A stretch of 30,072 nt of DNA from a virus (Duplodnaviria; Caudoviricetes). Below, piece by piece: positions 8,479-18,260 of this stretch. Each line of letters begins with the position of its first letter. The first letter of the stretch is position 1. The DNA lies in the IMG/VR virus record IMGVR_UViG_3300030433_002706, positions 1 to 30,072 of that record; one strand, 5' to 3'. Below the pieces are notes generated by a model. It saw nothing but the letters and a program-made list of their open reading frames with translations, ran no database searches and was not told the DNA's origin. Position numbers and translations under genes: made by a program.

Positions 8479-8634
8479 ATGAAAAAGATATTAATAACAC
8501 ATAATGATATAAAATTCATTGGGTATCTATTGGAAGATTTACCAACAAAATTTAGAGCATTGAACGAACGTAAAATGGTCGAACTACACTATCCAAAGCA
8601 TATGTATACATACGAGTTTGTGGAGGAAAAATGA
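8479..8634 (+). CDS. Small hypothetical protein (51 aa, not in ORF track)
   Basis: MKKILITHNDIKFIGYLLEDLPTKFRALNERKMVELHYPKHMYTYEFVEEK; directly after a promoter with RBS GGAGGAC; ATGA overlap with the next gene. Confidence 0.7.
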   Translation: MKKILITHNDIKFIGYLLEDLPTKFRALNERKMVELHYPKHMYTYEFVEEK

Positions 8635-9581
8635 GCAAAGTACTATTAATCGATGGGCTCAATATGTTTATCAGAAGCTATATTGTTAACCCAACACTAG
8701 ATCGACATGGTAATCCAATAGGTGGATGTATCGGCTTTCTTAAATCCCTTCAGAAGGTTTGTAAGAAGTTTGAGCCAAAAGAAATCATCATCGCTTGGGA
8801 CGGACACGAAGGCTCCCAGCGTAAAAAATCACTAAACAAAAACTACAAAGAGGGCAGAGGACCTATTAGATTCAATCGAAGATTGATTGAGCTATCTCCC
8901 GAAGAACAAACAAAGAATAAAGCCTATCAGCTTATTAGGCTTATGGAGTATCTCAATGAAATGCCAGTTATTCAAATCTCAATCGATTATGTGGAAGCCG
9001 ATGATGTTATCGCTTATGGAGCACGGCACCTTCTTTACGCCTTCTGGAATAAAGTCATTGTTTCTTCCGATAAAGACTTTTATCAATTATGTGATGATTA
9101 CACATCTGTGTATAGACCTATCCAAGATAAGGTTATTACAAAGCAAAGCATTCTTGACGAGCATAAAATACATCCCAATAATTTTGCCCTTGCTCGTGCA
9201 ATTGCTGGAGACCCAAGTGATAACCTTCCCGGCGTTGGTGGGGTTGGGCTCAAAACCATTGCAAAACGCTTTCCTTTCATGGCTAACGAAGAAGAATATG
9301 ATAGCGAAACAATTGTTAAAAATTGCAGAATGCAAGGAAAAAAGCTCAAACTACATGAGAACATTATCGGCTCTGCTGACTTGATTAAAAGCAACTATAA
9401 AATCATGCAGCTATACTCACCAAACATTCGACCGGTGAATCGTGTATTCATCGATAATTCGATAATTCAGTTTCAACCTGAGTTTTCGAGGCTAAATTTT
9501 ACAAAGATGTTATTTGAAGATGACTGCGGCTACATCAACTTTGAAGAACTTTCAAGAATAATGAAAAATATCAAGAGATAA
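8631..9581 (+). CDS. 5'-3' exonuclease / flap endonuclease (Pol I N-terminal domain, T4 RNase H-like)
   Basis: LLIDGLN, YKEGR, EADDVIA, SSDKDFYQL and H3TH motif GDPSDNLPGVGGVGLKT. Confidence 0.92.
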   Translation: MSKVLLIDGLNMFIRSYIVNPTLDRHGNPIGGCIGFLKSLQKVCKKFEPKEIIIAWDGHEGSQRKKSLNKNYKEGRGPIRFNRRLIELSPEEQTKNKAYQLIRLMEYLNEMPVIQISIDYVEADDVIAYGARHLLYAFWNKVIVSSDKDFYQLCDDYTSVYRPIQDKVITKQSILDEHKIHPNNFALARAIAGDPSDNLPGVGGVGLKTIAKRFPFMANEEEYDSETIVKNCRMQGKKLKLHENIIGSADLIKSNYKIMQLYSPNIRPVNRVFIDNSIIQFQPEFSRLNFTKMLFEDDCGYINFEELSRIMKNIKR

Positions 9582-9589
9582 ATTTTAGC

Positions 9590-9618
9590 TTGACATTTTC
9601 AAAATAACGAGTTATATT
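9590..9618 (+). promoter_or_regulatory. Sigma70-type promoter
   Basis: TTGACA 9590-9595, 17 nt ending GT, TATATT 9613-9618; RBS TGGAGGAC. Confidence 0.85.
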
Positions 9619-9638
9619 TATAAAACACTGGAGGACTT

Positions 9639-10991
9639 ATGGAAAATAAACACGAGACATTTTTAAGGTTTGGAAAAAAATTCCAAGAAAACATGTGCCA
9701 ACTTATGTTGGAGGATAGACCTTTCTTCGATCAAATCTCAGAAGTATTGAGAATTGAATTTTTTGAGCTAAAATATTTACAAATTTTTGCTGAAAGTTTA
9801 ATGAAGTACAGATCTAAATATAATACACACCCAAATCATGAAGTTATGATGGCGGTGCTAAGAACAGAGCTAAATCATTGTGATGACGCTGCTGCTACTC
9901 AAGTTAGAAACTTCTTCGCTAGGGTTATGAAGTCCGATGGTGTCGAAGAGGCCAACTACGTTAAGGATAAAGCGCTTGATTTTTGTCGAAAGCAAGTCCT
10001 TAAAGGAGCAATGATGAAATCTATCAAACTTATCAAGTCTTCATCTTTTGATGAGATTGAAAAAGTTATCCAAGATGCTCTGAAGCTAGGAACAGATAAT
10101 AATTTCGGACATAATTATCATACGGATGCTTTGAAAAGATTCGAATATATCAATCGTGATCCTATCTCGACAGGATGGGATAGAATGGATGAGATTGTCA
10201 AAGGAGGTTTGGGTAAAAGTGAACTTGGCGTTGTTATTGCTCCTACTGGCGCTGGAAAGTCAATGGTTCTTGTCCACCTCGCAGCCCAAGCGCTCAAACA
10301 AGGAAAAACAGTAGTATATTACACACTGGAACTTAAAGACACAGTTGTGGGCGGTCGCTTTGATTCAAATCTTAGTGGTATTCCACTGGGTGATCTGAAA
10401 GAGCGCAAAGAAGAGGTATTGTCTTGTGTTGAATCGATCGATGGAACTTTGATAATTAAAGAGTACCCAACTAAATCTGCATCAGTTCAAACAATCAAGA
10501 ACCACATTGAGAAACTAAAGAAAAGAGGAGTGTATCCTGACATGATTTTATGTGATTATGCGGACCTCTTGAGACCAGACAGAACAAGCGGAGAAAAGCG
10601 TCACGAACTTGAAGAAACTTATGAGGGACTTCGAGCACTAGCGCAAATCTACGAGATACCAGTATGGACTGCTTCGCAAACAAACCGAAGTGGATTAAAT
10701 GCCGAGGTTATTACAATGGAGTCAATCTCAGAAGCTTTCAACAAGTGTTTCGTAGCAGATTTCATCTTTTCCTTGTCTAGAACTGTGCAAGATAAACAAG
10801 CAAACAAAGGAAGGATCTTTGTTGCTAAAAATAGAAATGGACCAGACGGCTTAGTATTCCCTTGCTTCGTTGATTGGTCAGACGTTACAATAAAAGTTTT
10901 AAATAGGGAAGATGACGAAGCAGAGATGCCGTCAACAAAAGATGCCTTAAGTATCTTGAGGCAAAAATACAATGAATTAAGTGCAAAATAG
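9639..10991 (+). CDS. Replicative SF4 helicase (DnaB / T4 gp41-like)
   Basis: ISTGW..MD, Walker A APTGAGKS, YTLEL, Walker B LCDYAD, WTASQTNR, KNRNGPDG. Confidence 0.92.
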   Translation: MENKHETFLRFGKKFQENMCQLMLEDRPFFDQISEVLRIEFFELKYLQIFAESLMKYRSKYNTHPNHEVMMAVLRTELNHCDDAAATQVRNFFARVMKSDGVEEANYVKDKALDFCRKQVLKGAMMKSIKLIKSSSFDEIEKVIQDALKLGTDNNFGHNYHTDALKRFEYINRDPISTGWDRMDEIVKGGLGKSELGVVIAPTGAGKSMVLVHLAAQALKQGKTVVYYTLELKDTVVGGRFDSNLSGIPLGDLKERKEEVLSCVESIDGTLIIKEYPTKSASVQTIKNHIEKLKKRGVYPDMILCDYADLLRPDRTSGEKRHELEETYEGLRALAQIYEIPVWTASQTNRSGLNAEVITMESISEAFNKCFVADFIFSLSRTVQDKQANKGRIFVAKNRNGPDGLVFPCFVDWSDVTIKVLNREDDEAEMPSTKDALSILRQKYNELSAK

Positions 10992-11000
10992 GAGAGGAAT

Positions 11001-12854
11001 ATGAATTTAGAAAATAAAATTTTGTCCGACGTGACAGTGCATATGAAATATGCAAGATACTTAGAATCAGAAAACAGAAGAGAAAACTGGAGCGAATTAG
11101 TTACCAGAAACATGGAAATGCATATTAAAAAATTTCCTAGTTTAGAACCAGAAATCAAAAAAGCGTATCAATATGTTTATGATAAGAAGGTACTCCCTTC
11201 AATGAGATCGATGCAGTTTGGCGGTAAACCAATCGAGGTTTCTCCAAACAGAATTTTCAATTGTGCTTTCTGTCCTGTGGATAATTATCATGTTTTTTCT
11301 GAGATTATGTTCCTTCTTCTTGGGGGAACCGGTGTTGGGTTTTCTGTCCAAAAACACCATGTTGAGAAGTTGCCTGAGATCCGTCGACCATCAACAAGAA
11401 GCCGAAGATTTTTAATTGGAGATTCTATTGAAGGCTGGGCAGACTCGGTCAAAGCGCTAATTCAGTCTTATTTCAAAGGAACTTCAAAGTTACGATTTGA
11501 CTTCTCTGACATCCGTCCCAAAGGAGCCAGACTAGTTACATCCGGTGGAAAGGCTCCCGGCCCACAACCACTCAAAGAATGCTTAGTTAAAATAGAAGGA
11601 ATACTTGATGAAAAAGACGACGGGGAACAGCTCACTCCTATTGAGGTTCATGATATCATCTGCTACATTGCGGATGCAGTTTTGGCTGGGGGTATTCGCC
11701 GCGCCGCTCTCATTTCTTTGTTCTCGGCTGACGACGAAGAAATGCTTGCAGCAAAGTCAGGAAACTGGTGGGAACTCAATCCTCAAAGAGGAAGAGCGAA
11801 CAACTCTGTCGTGCTTATGCGGCATCGTATCGATCGTCCTACTTTCATGTCTATTTGGGATCGTGTTCGGGAGTCTGGTTCTGGAGAGCCGGGATTCTAT
11901 TTCTCCAATGATAAAGACTGGGGAACGAATCCGTGTTGCGAAATAGGTCTGAGACCATATCAATTCTGTAATCTCACGGAGGTAAATGTTTCAGATGTAA
12001 CAGAACAAGAAGAGTTAGAGCAGAGAGTGCGTGCTGCAACGTTCATAGGGACCCTTCAGGCGTCTTACACTGACTTTCACTACCTAAGACCTATCTGGCA
12101 ACGAAACACTGAAAAGGATGCCCTTATTGGCGTTTCTATGACGGGTATTGCCTCTGGTGGTGTTCTTGGATTGGATCTCAATGAGGCTTCTTTAATTGTT
12201 AAGAGAGAAAACAGAAGAGTTGCAATGCAAATTGGAATAAAGCCAGCGGCAAGGACAACTTGTGTTAAACCAGCGGGAACAACTTCTTTGACTCTTGGGA
12301 CATCTTCTGGTATTCATGCGTGGCATAATGATTATTATATACGCAGAATTCGCGTAGGAAAAAATGAAGCAATCTATTCTTATCTTCTGAATAACATTCC
12401 GCAGCTTGTAGAGGACGATAAATTCCGCCCTCATGACACAGCAATTATTATGGTGCCACAGAAGGCCCCAGAAGGGGCCATAACAAGGCACGAGAGCGCT
12501 TTGGATCTCTTAAGAAGGGTTCAACACATTAGTGATACTTGGATTCAAGGAGGGCACCAAAATGGACACAATACACATAACGTCTCTGCAACAGTTACAG
12601 TGAAGCCTGATGAGTGGAAGTGTGTTGGTGAATGGATGTGGCTCAATAGAAAATCGTATAACGGATTGTCAGTACTTCCTTTTTCGGATCACACCTATGT
12701 TCAGGCTCCATTCGAAGATTGTACAGAAGAAGAGTACGAAACATTGTTGCAATATGTAAAAACTATAAATTTGGACCTAATTAGTGAAGACGAAGATGAA
12801 ACAAATCTGTCAGGTGAGCTAGCTTGTGCAGGTGGATCATGCGAGATCTTTTAG
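11001..12854 (+). CDS. nrdJ: Class II (adenosylcobalamin-dependent) ribonucleotide reductase
   Basis: PSMR, FNC, GGTGVGFSV, AGGIRRAA, TNPCCEI, CNLTEV, KPAGTTS and C-terminal ACAGGSCEI; no small-subunit gene adjacent. Confidence 0.88.
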   Translation: MNLENKILSDVTVHMKYARYLESENRRENWSELVTRNMEMHIKKFPSLEPEIKKAYQYVYDKKVLPSMRSMQFGGKPIEVSPNRIFNCAFCPVDNYHVFSEIMFLLLGGTGVGFSVQKHHVEKLPEIRRPSTRSRRFLIGDSIEGWADSVKALIQSYFKGTSKLRFDFSDIRPKGARLVTSGGKAPGPQPLKECLVKIEGILDEKDDGEQLTPIEVHDIICYIADAVLAGGIRRAALISLFSADDEEMLAAKSGNWWELNPQRGRANNSVVLMRHRIDRPTFMSIWDRVRESGSGEPGFYFSNDKDWGTNPCCEIGLRPYQFCNLTEVNVSDVTEQEELEQRVRAATFIGTLQASYTDFHYLRPIWQRNTEKDALIGVSMTGIASGGVLGLDLNEASLIVKRENRRVAMQIGIKPAARTTCVKPAGTTSLTLGTSSGIHAWHNDYYIRRIRVGKNEAIYSYLLNNIPQLVEDDKFRPHDTAIIMVPQKAPEGAITRHESALDLLRRVQHISDTWIQGGHQNGHNTHNVSATVTVKPDEWKCVGEWMWLNRKSYNGLSVLPFSDHTYVQAPFEDCTEEEYETLLQYVKTINLDLISEDEDETNLSGELACAGGSCEIF

Positions 12855-12864
12855 GAGAAAATTT

Positions 12865-13053
12865 ATGAGAGAACGTTTACAACTTATTATTGAAGAATTA
12901 AAGTCAACTATGGTTGATTTGGATAAAGTCGAGTCTGGCTCTTATGGCTATAAGGCAGCAGCTCCTCGTGTTAGAAAAGTTGCTTTAACGGCTATTAAAG
13001 AGTTAAAAGAACTCAGAGCAGAGATTCAAGATAAAAAAAATTCTCATAGTTAA
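12865..13053 (+). CDS. Histone H1-like Hc1-family small basic protein
   Basis: 62 aa from ATG 12865 (RBS AGGAGA); G.KAAAPRVRK...IKELKELRAEIQ resembles the Hc1-family GNKAAGTRARK motif. Confidence 0.65.
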   Translation: MRERLQLIIEELKSTMVDLDKVESGSYGYKAAAPRVRKVALTAIKELKELRAEIQDKKNSHS

Positions 13054-13056
13054 AAC

Positions 13057-13085
13057 TTGACATTCTACTGTTGGCGTGTTATAAT
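13057..13085 (+). promoter_or_regulatory. Perfect-consensus sigma70 promoter for groES
   Basis: TTGACA 13057-13062, 17 nt ending TGT (extended -10), TATAAT 13080-13085. Confidence 0.88.
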
Positions 13086-13129
13086 ATAATATGCTAATAG
13101 TAGAATGTTTTGTATATAATGGAGGAAAA

Positions 13130-13405
13130 ATGCATTTTGAACCAAAAAACCGTCATATTTTAGTACACCCTCTTCAAGAAAGAAAAGAAGAAACAACCAT
13201 CCTTTTACCCGAGGACTATAAAAAACCAGAGAACCCGTATGTAGTTTGTGACGTCCTAGATACTTCTCGAGACTGCGAACTGAAGTTACAAGTTGGTGAT
13301 ACAATTGTAGTTGAAAGAAGGATGCTACAAGAGATAAAAGCCCTAGGGGAAACTAATTATCTAGTATTAGAGAATTATGTCTACGGGAGACTACAAGATG
13401 AATAA
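13130..13405 (+). CDS. groES: Co-chaperonin GroES-like protein
   Basis: Start re-assigned to ATG 13130 (RBS GGAGG); FEPKNRHILV, ILLPE, LQVGDTIV, GETNYLVLENYVYG match the Cpn10 pattern. Confidence 0.75.
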   Translation: MHFEPKNRHILVHPLQERKEETTILLPEDYKKPENPYVVCDVLDTSRDCELKLQVGDTIVVERRMLQEIKALGETNYLVLENYVYGRLQDE

Positions 13406-14093
13406 AGAACAATTAAAGAAACTCATAGAACAGGTTATACTTGAAAATAGAGAAAAATCTGTTCTTCTTGAGACACCTACTTTGAGCGAAGATAAGCAGC
13501 CTAAGTATGATAAGCTTATGGGAATACTTCAAGGCGACTCTGACATTAAAACAGTCGGAATTATGTCCGGACAAAACCCAATGGCAACCGCACCAGACCC
13601 AAGATTGAATATCCACTTGGATAGAAAGCTCAAAAAAAGACTGGAAAGCCTTGGGCTTAAATCAATGGCAATTGGTGGAATCTTCAGTGGCCTCAAAGAA
13701 AAGTCCCGAGTTATCTTAAATGTAAGCGAAGATCAGATGGATCAGTTGAATCGTGAGTTTAAGCAATGGGGTTTTGTTTTTGGAAAAAGAATCCCAATTA
13801 AACCGGGCGAAAACTTTATGGCCTTTACAATGTATGAGATTGATTATGACAATGATATGGGCTACCGAAAGGCGCCGGGCTCTAAAGAAACAGGATTTGT
13901 CGTAAAAGATGATGAACTGAAAGGAGTCGAAGATGATGTGTCTTTTGATCCAACATCGGGTAAGAAGTTCGGGCTTGAACTATACGAAGAAGAAGTAGTA
14001 GAAGTTGATGCTCCCAATTCTTTGATGGAAGCAATGAAGAAAGCCTCAGAACATAAAGGAAAAAAAGTTAAATTTATTCGTAGGAAAAAATGA
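13398..14093 (+). CDS. Hypothetical protein, possible DUF3293-like domain
   Basis: Likely start ATG 13398 (RBS GGGAGA); GIMSGQNP...N...LKKRL..LGL...G.F...EKS pattern; N-terminal MNKEQLKKLIEQVILE helix. Confidence 0.55.
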   Translation: MNKEQLKKLIEQVILENREKSVLLETPTLSEDKQPKYDKLMGILQGDSDIKTVGIMSGQNPMATAPDPRLNIHLDRKLKKRLESLGLKSMAIGGIFSGLKEKSRVILNVSEDQMDQLNREFKQWGFVFGKRIPIKPGENFMAFTMYEIDYDNDMGYRKAPGSKETGFVVKDDELKGVEDDVSFDPTSGKKFGLELYEEEVVEVDAPNSLMEAMKKASEHKGKKVKFIRRKK

Positions 14094-14803
14094 GTTATCA
14101 AAAAACAATTGACCTATACGGAGACGGAATAGGCAAAGTACAATACATAGACCACATGGGCTCTGACCTCACAATCGTGAACAGCGCCCGTGTTTCATTT
14201 GGAGTAGAAAAGGAGGAATTAGATGCTCGAGATAAAAAACTTATTAACTATCTTGTCAAACACAGACACACGAGCACGTTCGAGCACAATGTGGCTACCT
14301 TTAAGTTTGTCGTTCCTCTTTTTGTGCGCTCTCAGCATATGCGACACAGAACTTGGTCTTACAACGAAATTTCCAGAAGATATACGGATAAAGATCTTAC
14401 TTTTTATTGCCCAGATACATTCCGTACACAGCATAAGTCCAACAGACAATCTTCTAATGACGATGAAGTGAACCCTGTTTTGTATCCGGATTTATCCGAT
14501 CCTTCTTTTGGTATTACTTGTAAGCAAGAGTTAAGGAAACACGTGGGAAGATCAGTTATTTTGTTTGAGAATCTCATGGCAGCTGGTGTCTGTAGAGAAC
14601 AAGCGCGAATGGTTCTACCACAAAATATGTATACAGAATATTATGGAACTGTGAATTTGAACAACCTACTTAAGTTTGTAGGCCTAAGGGCCCATGAAGG
14701 GGCCCAACAAGAAATACAAGATGTTGCACTTGCTTGCTTGGAGATCGCAACAGACCTATGGCCTCAAGCTGTCGGAGCGTTCAGAAATGTCAGGGAAATT
14801 TAA
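14090..14803 (+). CDS. thyX: Flavin-dependent thymidylate synthase
   Basis: IVNSARVSF, HTSTFEH, signature RHRTWSYNEISRRY, REQARMVLP, HEGAQQEI. Confidence 0.95.
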   Translation: MSYQKTIDLYGDGIGKVQYIDHMGSDLTIVNSARVSFGVEKEELDARDKKLINYLVKHRHTSTFEHNVATFKFVVPLFVRSQHMRHRTWSYNEISRRYTDKDLTFYCPDTFRTQHKSNRQSSNDDEVNPVLYPDLSDPSFGITCKQELRKHVGRSVILFENLMAAGVCREQARMVLPQNMYTEYYGTVNLNNLLKFVGLRAHEGAQQEIQDVALACLEIATDLWPQAVGAFRNVREI

Positions 14804-15038
14804 GAAGGGTGATATCTTTTTTCTTAATGATCAAGGTAGATCTCTTTTTCAACATATCAAAGCAGAGAATGGTATCATAATGTCTGATCCTTATAAACTA
14901 TATGAGACAGATTTGGAGTCTGAGACTAGAGTGATTGAGTTCTATGGCTATGATCTTTTAATTAAGGGAAAACTATTTAAAGAAATACCAGAAAAGTTTT
15001 TATTGAGGGTGACAAAAGATGAAGAAAATATTGAATGA
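14787..15038 (+). CDS. Small KOW/SH3-like hypothetical protein
   Basis: Likely start ATG 14787 (GGAG upstream); FKKGDIF...GIIM pattern. Confidence 0.5.
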   Translation: MSGKFKKGDIFFLNDQGRSLFQHIKAENGIIMSDPYKLYETDLESETRVIEFYGYDLLIKGKLFKEIPEKFLLRVTKDEENIE

Positions 15039-15636
15039 GTGGAAAAATTTTCTCAAAGAAAATTCAGGATTTGAAAAAGACCCAGATGTCCTAAAACATC
15101 TCACTGGGATATTTTTGGGAAAAATCCAATACCCTCAAATCTACAAATATTCTGATGGCGGAAGTGGCTACGAAAACTACATGGATGTTGTTAATTCTAG
15201 CGGAGTCATTCAGCAAAAAGAAGCGGAATTATCAGCCCTCCAAAATGCCCGAAGTCAAACAGAAAAAAGAACACCAGAAAGAAAAAAAATTGATAACAAA
15301 ATCAACAAGCTTGGTCTCGAAATTAGTAACACAAATGGTGGCCTTTCTTACTACTGGTATAAGGCCGGAGGCAAGGGTGCAGCAGCCTTTATTATTAGAC
15401 AAAAACTGGACCTTTTCTTGGCACAATTATCAGAGGAACAGAGAGAAGATTTTAGGGAAAATTATTCCGAATATTTGGGCTTCGCTCAGGGTTCATTAGG
15501 GGTATCTTTTCCTGCCAAATTACCACGCAAAACTAAGTTCGTTGGAGACGTTCAGGTAGACGACATTTGGCTTGTGAATGACGGCCAGCCGCTGCTTATG
15601 CAGATCGTAAGTTCTTGGGCAAATCCGGGAGCTTAA
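15019..15636 (+). CDS. Hypothetical protein with N-terminal MKKILNEWKNFLKE motif
   Basis: 205-aa ORF, RBS-like GAGGGTG upstream; no catalytic motif recognised. Confidence 0.65.
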   Translation: MKKILNEWKNFLKENSGFEKDPDVLKHLTGIFLGKIQYPQIYKYSDGGSGYENYMDVVNSSGVIQQKEAELSALQNARSQTEKRTPERKKIDNKINKLGLEISNTNGGLSYYWYKAGGKGAAAFIIRQKLDLFLAQLSEEQREDFRENYSEYLGFAQGSLGVSFPAKLPRKTKFVGDVQVDDIWLVNDGQPLLMQIVSSWANPGA

Positions 15637-16434
15637 TTGTCAGATCTAGAATTACACTATAAAGAACTTAACATAGGCAAAACAATAACGTGTTTGTTGC
15701 ACTCATTTCGCACTGAAACTCCCTGCGTGTTAATATCGCCAATTCCGCCCTTTAATTTAGATGTTCAGTATGATGCCTATGACTTTTCATGGCTTGGTCT
15801 TGACAAACCAACACCTTTACAGGTATGGGATAGACTTTGTTTTTTACTGAGCATGTCTGGAAATTTGCTATTTCCTAGCAATATACGGGGCTATCGTAAA
15901 GAAAATGAAAATTTAGTTTTAATAACAAATCACAATAATAAAATAACTATTTCATACGATAAAATAAACGAGTTCGACCACATAGAAACCGGCTGGTATC
16001 ACGTCTACGATTTTTATGATTGGAGGGTCGGAGGCAACCACGAAATTGAACAGATAAATGATGACGAAAATGAGTTCATAAAGACCATAAAATTCTTCTC
16101 ATCAGAGAGAGAAAATGTTGGCTCTCATGTGAAAGATTTGGTGGGCATTTCATACCTCTCAGAAGAGCAATTAAATGACCTTGAAATGTCCCCGATTTAC
16201 TCTAGATTAAAGATGCTTCAGATGATAAAAAATGAAGGAATTCAAGGTAGCGTAGTTGGCTACAATTCCAGAGGTTTGCCGAAGTTTCGTAAGCCCGTAA
16301 TTGAGTTCAATAAGAGAGTCGTGGTGCCACATTATGTACCAGAAATTTCGTTTAAAAATGTTTATGAAATGAAGCAGAAAAAAGGATACACATGGAAGTT
16401 ACTAGAGAAAATGATACAGCATACTTCCACCTAG
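15637..16434 (+). CDS. Hypothetical protein (265 aa)
   Basis: TTG start right after the previous stop with GGGAG upstream; no assignable motif. Confidence 0.65.
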   Translation: MSDLELHYKELNIGKTITCLLHSFRTETPCVLISPIPPFNLDVQYDAYDFSWLGLDKPTPLQVWDRLCFLLSMSGNLLFPSNIRGYRKENENLVLITNHNNKITISYDKINEFDHIETGWYHVYDFYDWRVGGNHEIEQINDDENEFIKTIKFFSSERENVGSHVKDLVGISYLSEEQLNDLEMSPIYSRLKMLQMIKNEGIQGSVVGYNSRGLPKFRKPVIEFNKRVVVPHYVPEISFKNVYEMKQKKGYTWKLLEKMIQHTST

Positions 16435-17315
16435 CTGGCATCGTTCCAGTAGCAGGACAGCCGCTAGATTTTCAACAGGCATGGCCGGATTGTTTGATGC
16501 CGATAGCTCCCGATTATTCTTTGCTTGAGGCAGCAGTGGTTGAGTGCGCTTACGCCGGCTGTGATACGATTTGGATTATCTGCAACGACGACGTTTCTCC
16601 TTTGATAAAAAAGAAACTTGGAGACTTTGTAAAAGATCCCGTATATGCACATAGACGCTACGAGAGAAAACCAGATCAAACTGTCAGATACATACCAATT
16701 TATTATGTACCGGTCCACCCCAAAGACAGAGATAAGAGAGATTGTTTGTCTTGGTCTGTTATCTATGGGTCCTTATCTATTTTTAAAATAGCGGATGAGA
16801 TTTCTCGTTGGTTGGTGCCGAATAAATATTATGTCAGCTTTCCTTATGGATTCTATCCATCTTGGCAGATAAGAGAGCATAGAAAATTAATTTCATCATC
16901 TAAAAACTTTTACATTTCCTCAGGTGGAAAAACTTTTAAGGATGGACTTTATACTTCTTTTACTTTTGGTAAAGATGAGTTCATTGAGTTTAGAAAAATC
17001 ATCAGATCAGGCACAGGTAGATTTCGACCGGGCTCTGATTGGAGAGATCATGATTCATTGCCAATTGAAGAGAGATGGTCTGCAAGATTTTTTGAAATTG
17101 ATAAAGTTTTTGCTCCATTTAATTTTGAAGAGGCGATAGAGCGTGAAGTGGATAATTTCTATAATATTTCCTCTTGGAATGAATACAAAACCTTCATAGC
17201 TGCGAATGTTGATAAAGAAATAAAACGTCCTACGAAGACCATTCTTACGAGACAACAGTGTAAACCAATTGCAAGAAACTACTTAGATTCGGATGATAAA
17301 GAAACTAAAATATAA
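16392..17315 (+). CDS. Divergent sugar-phosphate nucleotidyltransferase-like (NTP_transferase fold) protein
   Basis: LAGIVPVAG...PDCLMPIA...LLEAAV.EC..AGCDTIWII follows the N-terminal pattern of RmlA/GalU-type enzymes but lacks GxGTR and the PK lysine. Confidence 0.55.
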   Translation: MEVTRENDTAYFHLAGIVPVAGQPLDFQQAWPDCLMPIAPDYSLLEAAVVECAYAGCDTIWIICNDDVSPLIKKKLGDFVKDPVYAHRRYERKPDQTVRYIPIYYVPVHPKDRDKRDCLSWSVIYGSLSIFKIADEISRWLVPNKYYVSFPYGFYPSWQIREHRKLISSSKNFYISSGGKTFKDGLYTSFTFGKDEFIEFRKIIRSGTGRFRPGSDWRDHDSLPIEERWSARFFEIDKVFAPFNFEEAIEREVDNFYNISSWNEYKTFIAANVDKEIKRPTKTILTRQQCKPIARNYLDSDDKETKI

Positions 17316-17877
17316 GAGATTAATGAACCAATATAAAGCCTTACAAGTAGAGCTTGAGTTCGTTAAAGAAGTGACGCGTGATTATGGTCCGGAATTCGAA
17401 CAATATCATAGGGAGTATTGTTCAAAAAACAACATAGATATTAATAAATTGAACAAAGAACACTCATCAGAAGTGGCAAAAATATTTTCTAATAATAAAC
17501 CAAAGAAGACAAAAAATAGTAATCCAAGTTATAATGTTAAAAACATTTTTAGAGATCTAGCCAGAAAATTCCATCCAGATAAAATACCAAACGATGATCC
17601 ACTGAAGCAAGAATATGAGGAAATATTCAAATCAGTAACATCAGCGATGGAAGAGTCTGATTGGGGTAGGCTCTTGAGCATTGCTGATGAGCACAAAGTG
17701 GAATTAAAAGATTATGATTCTCTCTGTGCATCCTTGCAGATTTGTATTGATGACATTAACAAAAAAATAAAAAGAGAAAAATCTTCTTATTCTTGGGCTC
17801 TTTTTATGTGCGAGGAAAACGATGAATGCCGTGAAGGTGTTGTAAAAAAATTCTTAAATCACTTGTTTGGTATTTGA
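17293..17877 (+). CDS. J-domain (DnaJ-like) protein with central HPD motif
   Basis: VKNIFRDLARKFHPDK...EEIFKSVTSAME, flanked by coiled-coil-like segments. Confidence 0.78.
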   Translation: MIKKLKYKRLMNQYKALQVELEFVKEVTRDYGPEFEQYHREYCSKNNIDINKLNKEHSSEVAKIFSNNKPKKTKNSNPSYNVKNIFRDLARKFHPDKIPNDDPLKQEYEEIFKSVTSAMEESDWGRLLSIADEHKVELKDYDSLCASLQICIDDINKKIKREKSSYSWALFMCEENDECREGVVKKFLNHLFGI

Positions 17878-17902
17878 CAAACCTATATAAGCGTGTTATA
17901 TT
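17874..17902 (+). promoter_or_regulatory. Sigma70-type promoter for tmRNA
   Basis: TTGACA 17874-17879 (contains the upstream stop codon), 17 nt ending TGT, TATATT 17897-17902. Confidence 0.85.
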
Positions 17903-17915
17903 ATAATTATAATAC

Positions 17916-18247
17916 GGGCTCGCAATGGCTTCGACGTGTTAGAATCAAGGGGAGAGTGCATGCAGGCGTGAATCAGCCTTAATCGTTCAAATTTTATAAA
18001 CGCAAACAATAATTTGTATTTCGAAGAAGCCCTAGCGGCTTAATCGGGTGGCCGCTCCAAGCCATCTATCCAAGAGGAGCAAAACAACAGGATAGTTGCA
18101 AAAATCAAAACAACTCAACGCAACAGGACGGTAAGCGTTGTTTTATGGCCGTCTATCTTGCTGGCTAGAGAAATAACCAGATAAGCATGTGAATGACTCA
18201 AACTAAGACTAGCGCGGACAGGGGTTCGACTCCCCTCGAGTCCACCA
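17916..18247 (+). ncRNA. ssrA: tmRNA (transfer-messenger RNA), one-piece, 332 nt
   Basis: Acceptor stem GGGCTCG / CGAGTCC with G3-U70 and encoded ACCA end; D-loop-like TGGCTTCGAC; T-arm AGGGG-TTCGACT-CCCCT; helix 2 GTGTTAG/CTAGCGC and GCATGC/GCATGT; internal tag ORF. Confidence 0.96.
18002..18043 (+). other. tmRNA proteolysis tag reading frame (A)ANNNLYFEEALAA*
   Basis: Resume codon GCA after ATAAAC; ends with ALAA then TAA, as typical ssrA tags do. Confidence 0.9.
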
Positions 18248-18260
18248 CTTTGGAGGAAAA

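Noticed and set aside
11001-12854. Intein or intron in nrdJ (also checked recA, helicase, thyX, dnaE)
   Set aside because: Lengths are normal, motifs are contiguous and no splice-junction or homing-endonuclease motifs are evident.
18210-18247. Stand-alone tRNA
   Set aside because: The T-arm and CCA pair with the 5' end at 17916 and there is no anticodon arm; this is the tmRNA 3' end.
18220-18260. Integration (att) site at the ssrA 3' end
   Set aside because: No integrase and no second copy of the tmRNA 3' end seen in the window.
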